Below, piece by piece: positions 40,364-52,774 of a stretch of DNA of 64,000 nucleotides. This DNA comes from Octopus sinensis (lineage: Eukaryota): contig NC_042998.1 in NCBI RefSeq assembly GCF_006345805.1, positions 144,026,001 to 144,090,000 of the forward strand, written 5' to 3'. Within the stretch, counting starts at the first letter, position 1, and each line of letters starts with the position of its first letter. The position numbers and the translations under genes are program-made. The notes below the pieces were generated by a model. It did not search any database and had not been told where the DNA came from. It saw only the letters and a program-made list of their open reading frames with translations.

Positions 40364-41460
40364 TTAGGGTGTTCAGAAAGTAATTGTGTTCTACAAGAAA
40401 GGATATAAAAACAAATGTAAACTACATTTGTCTGAATAGTTTTAATCAAAAATGTAATCACCATCATTTTCAAAAACTGCAACCCAATGGGAAAGTAACT
40501 TTTTAATGCCACGTTCAAAGAAACCTATTTCTTTTCCTGAAAAAAGTCTGAAAGACTGTTTTCAACTTCTGTTTCTGAATGTTTCGCCTCTTATAGAATG
40601 TTCTAGTGATCAGAACAGATAGAAATCCATAGATGCTAAGTCAGGTGAGTGTGGAGGATGTGGAAGAACTTCCCAGCCAAATGATCATATTTTTTCTTGG
40701 GTTTGTTCTGAAGAGTGTGGAAATGCTAGAGAATAACACCTTTTCTGACCACTTTTGATGTAAATTTTTCATTTACATGGTCAAGTTGTTGGCAATAGAC
40801 ATCTTCATTGATGGTCTTTCCATGTTCCAGTAGCTTGTAATGGACGATACTTTTCATGTTCCACTAAACACAGAGCAAAGATTTTTGTGGATGGAGTTCT
40901 GGTTTTGGTGTTGGCATAGGCCTTTCATTACATGATAACCATTATCGTTTGCATTTTCTGTTGTGATGCAAAGCCCATTTTTCATCACCTGTAACAATGC
41001 ACTACAGAAATGACAGGTTGTTATTCCTGGTTAGACAACTTCTGCATAGGGTAGAACATTGTGTTCAGTTCTCAAGTGTAAGCACATGTGGAACCCAAAT
41101 TCCCTCTTTGCATGTTTTCCCAATTTGCTTTGAGATGTTCATGGATAGTTGAACACAACACATCAAATCTTTGTGCCAAATGTCTGGTACTTTGACATGG
41201 AACTGATACAAAAGGCTCATTCAAAAGGTTGTCTTCCAGAGTGAGGCTAGTCAGATATGTCACAATCACCATCTTTGAACCTCTTAAACCACAGCTGACA
41301 TGTAAGAGCTTTCACTGCATCTGTATACAGATCACAAATATTTTTCGTTCCTTCCATAGCAGTACTTTTCTTTCAAAATTCATACAGCAAGCAATGGCAA
41401 ATATGTTGTTTCATAAAGTTCCTATCTTCCATTGGGGTTAATTACTGAAATAACTATGAG
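40364..41460 (-). mobile_element. Decayed near-full-length mariner (DD34D-type) transposon; transposase pseudogene ~41432 to 40442
   Basis: HICHCLLYEF, CQLWFKRFKDGD, IVTGDEKW, VLPHPPHSPDL and ENDGDYIFD* recognisable, with stops and frameshifts. Confidence 0.88.
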
Positions 41461-41591
41461 TGACACACTGCTGGATAGCAGAGGGAATATATTATTTCTA
41501 GACAGTTCCAACCCATTTAACTTCAGCTCTGGTATGATTGGTTGATTCATATTTCATAGTGGTGAAAAAAGGCAATTACATTTCAAACATC

Positions 41592-41625
<34 letters not shown>

Positions 41626-41628
<3 letters not shown>

Positions 41629-41948
41629 GACTCCGCCGGTTACGACGACGAGGGTCCCAGCTGATACGATCAACGGAACAGCTTGCTCATGAAATTAACG
41701 TGCAAATGGCTGAGCATTCCACAGACACGTGTACCCTTAACGTAGTTCTCGGGGATAATCAGCGTGACACAGAGAGTGACAAGGCTGACCCTTTGAAATA
41801 CAAGTACAACTCATTTTTGCCAGCTGAGTGGACTGGAGCAACGTGAAATAAAGTGTCTTGCTCAGGGACACAACGCGTCGCCGGGAATCGAACTCACAAC
41901 CTTACGATCATGAGCCGAATGCCCTAACCACTAAGCCACGCGCCCTCA
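41626..41948 (-). mobile_element. Well-preserved tRNA-derived SINE
   Basis: A box TGGCTTAGTGG, B box GTTCGATTCC, then core gtgtccctgagcaagacact. Related fragments at 23545-23700, 24000-24300 and 56430-56580. Confidence 0.85.
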
Positions 41949-44419
41949 TATATATATATATATTATATATATATATAATATATATCATATATCATCATAT
42001 TATATATCATCATCATCATCCATCATCGTTTAACGTCCGTTCTCCATGCTAGCATGGGTTGGACGGTTCGACCGGGGTTCTGGGAAGCCAGAAGGCTGCA
42101 CCAGGCCCCAGTCTAATTTGGCAATGTTTCATATATATATATATATATATGCACACGTGTGAGTGTATGTGTAATCAACCATTTAACATCTGGTTTCCAT
42201 GCTGGCAAGGAACAGCTTGAGGGATCTGATGAGCCAGAGGGCTGCATTGATCTCCAATATCTTCATTGGTTTCTCACACTAGTTTGTGTTGAGGCTAGTG
42301 TTTTATGCTAATTTGGTCTTTCTACTATTAAACAAACTGGAAACTATTTAATTAGTTTTATTAATGAGATTGAAGCAGACAGTGTAAATTTAGTATCACT
42401 TTCTGATTCATGTTTGTTGCCATAGAATAAATCAAATAATTCCAAGTAAAAGAACTCAGCCATTTGAGACAGGTCAATGGACTGTCATTCAGCTTCAAGT
42501 GAACCTTGACTGAGAGGTTCTATGGTCAATGATGTTAAAGACACTACCATTTCATCTGTTTTGGCTTTAATGCATCCGGAACTGCATTCACTGGATACAT
42601 AGGTCATCATCCTCATTCAATGTCCATGTTCCTTGCAGGAATGGGTTTGACAGTTTAACAGGATCTAACAGTCCCAATTGCATTGTGCTGCAATGTCTGC
42701 TCTGGCATGGTTGGCTGTCTTCCCTAATGCCAATCCACTTTACAGAGTGTTCTTTTTACATGACACCAGCACTAGTGAAGTTGCCAAGTAACTCACAATT
42801 GGGGTGTAATATTGAGAGAGGTATCTTTATGCCAGAGGAGGAGGAACAATGTTTTGCTAAAGAGGAGATACATTGGTTGGAAATAGAGAAAAGAGATGGT
42901 GGTGATGAGGTATCACAGTGTACCTTCAAGGTACATGATGAGTATATGAGAGAATAGAGATAGAGGATTAGAAAGAGTGAATGGGTAGGTAAGCTTGACA
43001 GGGTATGGAAGGAGAGTTCTGAGTTCAATTTTTACTCTTCATCCTTCAATAAACGTACCAGACAAAATACTGGTGTCAAATCCTACATGACGTTACTGAC
43101 AAAATTCAATGTTGTAAACAACCCAGAAAGTAAAACTTCCCTTCTGCAAAATTACTATAATATTGCTGAAAATGATCATGCCTGCTTTCCCAATGCTTGC
43201 CTGGGTCAGACAATTTGTTGATACAAATTTTCTGGAGCTAGATGCTCTTCCTTTCACTGCCCTTCACCTGTTTCCAAACAATGTAATATTTTCCATGGAT
43301 GACTGGATACATCTCTTGTATAATGATGACATTCATTTGTAATCAACATTTGATGTCAAGGCAAGGATTTACACACACACACGTATATATATATAGATGG
43401 GCTTCTTTCAGTTTCTGTCTACCAAATCCACTTACAAGACTTTGATAAACCCAGGGCTATATTAAGAGACACTTGCCCAAGGTACCACACAGTGGGACTG
43501 AACCTGAAAACATATGGTTAGGAAGCAAGCCTCTTAACTGTACAACCACTTTAATGTCTAAAGTAATTAGAATATATATTATTTCTAATTCCTTTGTTTG
43601 TATTAATTAGTATTTATTTCCAATAGACAGAATTTCAATATTTCTAACAAGAGTGGGAGGGAATTATTAAAAAAAAGAAGAGAATCTTTTAACATGTTTT
43701 GTGCAGGTCAATATTTAATTCAAAGATAGAAAATCACTGACAGAAAATAGCTACTCTTAAATATAACCATTATATATAAGTTGAACATCAAATTAAATAA
43801 GAAACAATTCACAACTGAAAATGCTTCAGAACATGGCATTTCTACTTTTGCAATTTGATGCAAGGTTGTACAATCTTCACAAAATATGAAATTTTGATAG
43901 GGTATACTTAATAAAATCAATACCCACAACAAAATAAACGAAGCAATGATTGATAATACTTCCACTCCTTTGCTGCTGCTACCACCACCACAGCCTGATA
44001 TTAAAAATGTTAGCATAGTAGTAGTACTACTAGTATTAGCCTAATCAGTAAAAATATCTTCATAATACATAGATAAACAGTCTTCATATTTATCTGATAC
44101 AGCAGCAGTTATATGTTGCAAATGTGCTCGACATTAACAGTTAGAAACTAAAGACAACTAAGATAATCAGAAAATCTGCCCTTTAACAAATCCTTAACTC
44201 CTCAGTAAGTCACCAAGAAATTGATAGTGTTAGTTTTAGAAATTAGATCTCTCTCTCTCTCTCTCTCTCTCTGCATGAACAACAAGACTAGCTGTGAACT
44301 AACAAGAAGTTTTATGCTACAAGGTAGGAGTTATCAGATATTTTCTTCCACTGTACTGCTTCATGATGCCCAGCAATGTTGGGACACCACGTATAACTAA
44401 TGAAGAAGTGCTACAACTA

Positions 44420-44681
44420 GCAAATACAAAAAGGTCGTGACTGGCACCCGTGCCAGTGGAGCACCATCTGAGCAAGATCACTGCAAGAGCAGCTGACTGA
44501 TTTCTATGCCGGTGGCATGTAAAAGGCACCATTCAAACATGATCGTTACAAGCATCAGCTTACTGGCACTTGTGCCGGTGGCACATGAAAAACATTCAAG
44601 CAAGGTCATTGCCAGTGCCACTGGACTGGATCCTGTGCAGGTGACACATAAAAAATACCACTTGAGCATGGCCATTGCCAG
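44420..44681 (+). repeat. Diverged RTE-3'UTR-type repeat array (about 4 units with core GTGCCGGTGGCACRTAAAAAGCACCA)
   Basis: The core recurs at roughly 60-75-nt spacing. An RTE-like peptide fragment (RITNEEVLQLANTKRS) lies just upstream. Confidence 0.6.
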
Positions 44682-45145
44682 TATATATATGTGTATATAT
44701 ATATATATATATTATATATATATATATGTGTGTGTATGTGTATATATATGTGTGTGTGTGTGTATATATATGTTATTATATGCATGTGTGTATATATATA
44801 TTGTGTTATATATATATATATCCGTGTGTATATAATAATATATACGTGTATATATATATATATATATATGTGTATATATATATATATATATATACTGTAT
44901 ATATATAATATATATATACGTGTATATATATATATTATATCCGTGTATATATTATATATATATGTAATATTGTATATATCTATATATATATACGTTGTAT
45001 ATCTATATAATATATATACGTGTATATATATATATATAATACGTGTTATATAATATAATATATATACGTGTATATATATATATATATATACGTGTATATA
45101 TATATATATACATATAACGTGTGTAATATATATATATTTATATAC

Positions 45146-45177
<32 letters not shown>

Positions 45178-45772
45178 TATATATATATAACGTGTATATA
45201 TAATATATATATATTATACGTGTATATATATATATTATATCGTGTATATATATATAATACGTGTATATATATATATATATATATATACGTTTATATATAT
45301 AGATTAATATACATATAAAAAAAAATAATAATATACATATATATATATGTATATATATATATAGTACATATATATATATATACATATACGTGGTGTATAT
45401 ATATATAATATACGTGTATATATATTATACATATATATATATGTATATAATATATACATATATATATATATACATATACGTGTGTATAATATATTATATA
45501 TATACTTGTATATATTATATAAATATATACGTGTATATATATATATATACGTGTATATATATATATATACGTGTATTATATATATATATATATACATATA
45601 TATAATTATGTTATATATAGATATACATTATATATATATACGTTAATATATATATATATATATATGTATAATATATATATCTATATATATACGTATTATG
45701 TATATATATATATATATATAGATATATATATTATATATATATATATTATTATATAATATAATATATATAATC

Positions 45773-45804
<32 letters not shown>

Positions 45805-46710
45805 TTATATATAATATATATATATATATATATTGTATATATATATAATATATATATATATAATTATATATATATATATATATTAGATATATATATATAT
45901 TATAAGATATTATATATATATATATTATTATACATATATATATATATATGTATACTATATATATATATATATATAAGTATATCTGTATATATATATATAT
46001 ATATTTATATAATATGTAATATTATATAGAAATATTCTATCTGTATATATATATATTCTATATGTATATATATATATATACGTATCTATATAAGTATATA
46101 TATATTAATAGTATATATATATAACTATATCTATTCCGTATATTATATATAGACATATATATATATATCTATATATATACATCTATATATACGTATATAT
46201 ATATATATAACATATATATATACGTATATAATATATACAATATATATATACGTATATATATATTATTATATATAATATACGTCTATATATATATATATCC
46301 AATATATATATATATAATACTATATATATATATATATATATATAGATATCTAATCGTATCTATATATAATATATATATAATATATATACGTAGATATATA
46401 TTATATATATATATACGTATATCTATATATTATATATAGATTATACGTATATATATCTATATATATATATCGTATCTATACTATATATCTATATATATAT
46501 ATATATATATATAATATCTCAGATATATATATACACATGATATACATATCTATATAAGGTATATTATATCTATATGTATAACATATATATATATTATATA
46601 TATATATACATATAATATATAATGTATATATAATATATACAGATATATATATTATATATATATTACATCATATATATATTATAATTAATATATATACATA
46701 TATATATACG

Positions 46711-46744
<34 letters not shown>

Positions 46745-47450
46745 TATATATATACATATATCTATACGTATATGATCTCACATATATATACATACTGTAT
46801 ATCATATATATACATATATATATACGTATCATATATATATACATATATTATACGTATATATAATGTATTATCTATATATACGTATATATATCTGTATATA
46901 TATATATACCTATATTATATAGTATTCTATATACATATATATATACATATATATATACATATCTATATAATATACATATATATATACATATATATATCAT
47001 ATATATATATGATATATATATATACTATATAGATACGTAATATATATTATACATATATATATACGTATATATATATATACATATATATCTACTAATATTA
47101 TATATACATATATATACGTATATATATATATACATATATATATACTATATATATATAACAATATATATATGTATATATATATATAATATATATACATATA
47201 TATATATGTATACTATCTATATACTATATATAATATATATTATATATATACATATCTATAATATACATATATATATATTAATATATAATATATAATATAT
47301 ATATATATATATTATATATACATATATATATTACATATTATAGTACATATATATATACATAGATATATATAACATATAATATATACATATATATATACAT
47401 ATTATATATACATATAGATATATACATATATATATAGATATATATATATC

Positions 47451-47493
<43 letters not shown>

Positions 47494-47959
47494 TACATAT
47501 ATATATATAGTATATACATATACATATATATATATATGTATATACATATATATGTATATACATATATATGATATATATATATATACATATATATTATACT
47601 ATATATATATATATAGCTATATATATATATGATATACATATATATGTATATACATATATATGTATATACATATATATTGTATATATTATATATATATTAT
47701 ATATTATAATATACATATATATATGTATATATATATATTACATATATAATGTATATATATATAACATATATATATATATATATATACATATATATAGTAT
47801 ATATATATCATATTATATGTATATTATATATACACTATATATGTATATATATATATATATAATACATATATATATATGTATATATAATATACTATACTAT
47901 ATATATCTATATATATATCTCTATATATATAAATATACATTATATATATATAATAAATA

Positions 47960-47994
<35 letters not shown>

Positions 47995-48034
47995 CAGTAT
48001 TATATATATATTATACAATATATATATATATATA

Positions 48035-48069
<35 letters not shown>

Positions 48070-48120
48070 ATCTATATATATATATAACATATATATATAT
48101 ATATACATATATATATTATA

Positions 48121-48156
<36 letters not shown>

Positions 48157-48284
48157 CCTATATATATTTATTATATATATTATACATTATATATATCATT
48201 ATATATACATATATAGATATATATATACATATATATATATTATATATTATACATACATATTATATACTATATATATATAAATAA

Positions 48285-48336
<52 letters not shown>

Positions 48337-48424
48337 CTATCCCTCATATATATCTATCTATAATATATATATATACATATATATATATACATATATTATA
48401 TATAATATACATATATATATATAC

Positions 48425-48457
<33 letters not shown>

Positions 48458-48553
48458 ATACATATATATAATATACATATATATATATACATATATATAT
48501 ATGTATATATATATATACTATATATATATGTAATATATATATATACATATATT

Positions 48554-48589
<36 letters not shown>

Positions 48590-48861
48590 CATATTATATA
48601 TATATATATATATAATATATAATATATATGTATGTATATATGTATGCATATGTATATATATGTGTGTGTATGTATATATATATATGTAAAATTATATTTT
48701 CATCGCAGGCTGCAATGTGTTTCTGTAAATGCATTGCATTCTCAGATGAGTGGAATCGCCTAAAATTTTAACAGCTGCAGAATGCATAGGTGTTTGAACT
48801 TTAAAAAGCTGTATCTATTTATATGTATGTATGTATGTATGTATGTATGCATGTATATATA

Positions 48862-48893
<32 letters not shown>

Positions 48894-49269
48894 CACGTAT
48901 GTATGTATATATATATATATATATACACGTATGTATGTATATATATATATATATTACTATATGTATAGATAATATATGTACACGTATGTATGTATTATAT
49001 ATATATATGTTACACGTATGTATGGATATATATATATATGTACCGTATGTATGTATATATATGTATGTAGTATGTATTATGTATATATGTATGTAGGTAT
49101 GTATGTATGTATGTATGTATGTATGTCTGTATGTATGTATGTATGTATGTTGTATGTATGTATATGTATGTCTGTATGTATGTATGTATTATGTATGTAT
49201 GTAGTATGTATGTATGGATGTATGTATGTTGTATGTATGTATGTATGTATGTATGTATGTATGTATGTA
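44682..49269. repeat. 4.6-kb degenerate (TA)n / (TATACA)n / (TATG)n microsatellite block
   Basis: Almost entirely alternating T/A with interspersed CG, CA and TG, apart from a short unique island near 48690-48815. Confidence 0.95.
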
Positions 49270-50834
49270 TCGCTCAAAGTAAAAGGCAGACTGTATGATG
49301 CATGTGTACGTACAGCCATGCTACATGGTAGTGAAACTTGGGCTGTGACTGCTGAGGATTTGCGTAAGCTCGCAAGAAATGAAGCTAGTATGCTCCGATG
49401 GATGTGTAACGTCAGTGTTCATAATCGACAGAGTGTAAGTACCTTGAGAGAAAAGTTGAACCTAAGAAGTATCAGTTGTTGTGTGCAAGAGAGACGTATG
49501 CGCTGGTATGGTCATGTGATGAGAATGGCTGAAGATAGTTGTGTGCGAAAGTGCCACACTCTGGCAGTTAAGGGGACCTGTGGAAGAGGTAGACCCAGGA
49601 AAACCTGGGTCGAGGCGGTGAAGCACGACCTTCGAACTTTAGGTCTCACCAAGGAAATGACCAGTGACCGAGACCTTTGGAGGTATACTGTGCGTGAGAA
49701 AACCCGGCAAGACCAGTGAGAACAGTCAAAATCAAGATCAAACCAAATTGAGGTCGATCAACATCAGGGCCCCCGTGCAGGTGACACGTAAAAGTACCAT
49801 CCGTTCGTAGCCGTTCGCCAGCCCTGTCTGGCCCCCGTGCAGGTGGCACGTAAAAGCACCATCCGTTCGTGTTCATTGCCAGCCTGGCCTGGCCCCCGTG
49901 CCGGTGACACGTAAAAGTACCATCCGTTTGTGGCCGTTTGCCAGCTCTGTCTGGCCCCCGTGCCGGTGACACGTAAAAGCACCATCCGTTCGTGGCCGTT
50001 TGCCAGCTCTGTCTGGCCCCCGTGCCGGTGACACGTAAAAGCACCATCCGTTCGTGGCCGTTTGCCAGCTCTGTCTGGCCCCCGTGCCGGTGACACGTAA
50101 AAGCCCCATCCGTTCGTGGCCGTTTGCCAGCCCTGTCTGGCCCCCGTGTCGGTGGCATGTAAAAGCACCATCCGTTCGTGCCCGTTGCCAGCTTCGCCTG
50201 GCCCCCGTGCCGGTGACACGTAAAAGCCCCATCCGTTTCGTGGCCGTTTGCCAGCTCTGTCTGGCCCCTGTGTTGGTGGCACGTAAAAGCACCATCCGTT
50301 CGTGTCCGTTGCCAGCCTTGCCTGGCCCCGTGCCGGTGACACGTAAAAGCACCATCCGTTCGTGGCCGTTTGCCAGCCCTGTCTGGCCCCCGTGTCGGTG
50401 GCATGTAAAAGCACCATCCGTTCGTGCCCGTTGCCAGCCTCGCCTGGCGCCCGTGCCGGTGACACGTAAAAGCCCCATCCGTTTCGTGGCCGTTTGCCAG
50501 CTCTGTCTGGCACCCGTGTTGGTGGCACGTAAAAGCACCATCCGTTCGTGTCCGTTGCCAGCCTCGCCTGGCCCCGTGCCGGTGACACGTAAAAGCACCA
50601 TCCGTTCGTGGCCGTTTGCCAGCTCTGTCTGGCACCTGTGCAGGTGGCACGTAAAAAGCACCCACTACACTCACGGAGTGGTTGGCGTTAGGAAGGGCAT
50701 CCAGCCGTAGAAACACTGCCAGATCTGACTGGGCCTGATGAAGCCTTCCAGCTTCACAGACCCCAGTTGAACCGTCCAACCCATGCTAGCATGGAGAACG
50801 GACGCTAAATGATGATGATGATGATGATGATGAT
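49270..50834 (+). mobile_element. Young 5'-truncated RTE-clade LINE 3' end, inverted relative to 29784-31221
   Basis: Open ORF remnant to TGA at 49717-49719, 3'UTR tandem array, CCATGCTAGCATGG palindrome and (ATG)8 tail. Confidence 0.92.
49767..50662 (+). repeat. Minisatellite of 61/62-bp units in the RTE 3'UTR (14 full units plus a partial)
   Basis: Reverse complement of the 29.9-kb array, with more units. Confidence 0.92.
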
Positions 50835-51460
50835 ATGTGTGTATATATATATATATATGTGTGTGTGTATATGTATATATATGTGTGTGTGTGTGTATAT
50901 ATATGCATGTATATGTACATATATGTGTGTATATATATATGTGTGTGTGTGTGTGTATGTATATATATGTGTGTCTGTGTGTGTGTATACATATATATAT
51001 ATATAAATAAAAAAATTAATTAATTAATAAAATAATATATAGATATAAAAATATTATACATACATATATATATATATATATATTTGTATATATATATATA
51101 TAAAATTTATAAGTTTAAATTATTTAAATAATTTTTATTTTTAACTTTTATATTTTTAAATTAATTTTATGTATTGGCTTATGTTTTTCACTGTTTGATT
51201 TGCCTAATAGTGGTTTTATCTCTATATTAATATATATATATATATATACTCTTTACTATCTTTTATTTGTTTCAGTTATTTAACTGGTCATGCTGGAGCA
51301 CCGCCTTTAATCGAGCAAATCAACCTCTTTCTAAGCCTAGCACTTATCCTATCAGTCTCTTTTGCCAAACCGCTAAGTTACAGAGATGTAAACACACCAG
51401 CACCAGTTGTCAAGCGATGTTGGGAGAGGGGAAGGCAAACACTGTGTGTATGTATGTGTA

Positions 51461-51761
51461 TTTGTATCTGAAAGAAGTGTTAAAGAAAAAGAGAAGGAAA
51501 GGAAGAAGGAGAGAAAGAAGAAAAAATTTGTTGATATCTTTCCAGCTGGTCTGTCTTTCAATAATAAGTGATTCTTGACTTTTAGCAATGGCAAACCCAG
51601 CTGGTCATTTTATCCCTTGGAGTGACCAGCTGGGTTTGCCATTGCTGAAAGCCAAGAATTACTTACTATTGAAAGACTGACCAGCTGCAAAGATATCAAC
51701 AAATTTTTTCTTCTTTCTCTCCTTCCTCTTCCTTTCCTTTAACACTACCTTCAGATACAAA
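51461..51761. repeat. ~300-bp near-perfect palindrome (~140-147-bp arms, 15-nt loop)
   Basis: ...gcaatggcaaacccagctggtca-ttttatcccttggag-tgaccagctgggtttgccattgc... Confidence 0.9.
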
Positions 51762-52048
51762 CACACACACACGCTCTCTCTCACTTTCTCCCCATTCCTC
51801 ACCTCTTGTACTATCTTATATCTCTCCCCACCCCTACACACTCAATAATACTATAAAAAGTGTCAAAATTCCTGCAAAAGTTCTATTTGAAAACTCCACT
51901 AGGGTGGATGAAAGTGCTAGTATGATATATGATTTATAAAAACATGTAACATACAAATAAATATCTGTAAATATAAAATCATCCAGATTTCTGAGTACCT
52001 CATTTCCTTAATGTATATATATGTGTAAGTGTGTGGTGTGTATATATA

Positions 52049-52106
<58 letters not shown>

Positions 52107-52352
52107 GTATGTATATATCTATATGTGTGTGTGTGTGTGTATATATATGTATATCCCACACAGTGGAAATGAATACAGAACCATATGGTTGGGAAGCAAG
52201 CTTCTTACAACCCAGCCATACCTGCATCTATAATTTAGATTATTTAAAACAAAGTTTATATCATAGATCCAGGGACAGTCTCCGGTGAGTTGATATTGAA
52301 TAGGTTTAACGATAAAGACATCTTCAAGATATGGGCCTGTTTCTGATTAAAG

Positions 52353-52774
52353 AAAGTGATTGTATGTTGTCAACTTAATGTGACAGTCCCATGAAAGGGA
52401 AGAATGCTACTGTTATTTAGCCCTAAGAAGCACCATTTCCTGTTGGAATTGACACGTGTCCTGTGTCTTTATGTTTTCAAAGCAAAGCACCTCCACCCAG
52501 CAAAGCCAGCACTCAGAGACTTGTTTCAGAGTCATTACTCATCTAGTCTCTGGATGCTGGCTCCTCTGGGTTGAGGTGATTATCTTCACTTTGAAAACGT
52601 AAGGACACGGGAAATGTGTCAAGTCCAACAGGAAACAGTGTTTCCTAGGGCTAAATAACAGTAGCATTCTTCCCTTTCATGGGACTGTCACATTAAGTTG
52701 ACAACATACAATCACTTTATCATGCTCTACTGCACAAATCTCTCTGAGTGATTTAAAAATGTATTATTTCTATT
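52353..52774. mobile_element. Second member of the fold-back family (B-B' hairpin plus A' segment), degenerate hammerhead core at the apex on the minus strand
   Basis: Arms 52353-52520 and 52547-52718, with the outer 73 bp a perfect inverted repeat. Homologous to the B and A' segments at 33.2-33.8 kb. Confidence 0.75.

Noticed and set aside
41880-41948. tRNA gene
   Set aside because: It has A and B boxes but no acceptor-stem 3' half, and continues into a SINE core seen in several copies.
44606-49319. Long Y/I-rich ORFs (up to 259 aa) in the ORF track
   Set aside because: They are translations of (TA)n/(TATG)n. The 247-aa ORF is microsatellite fused by chance to the RTE C-terminus.
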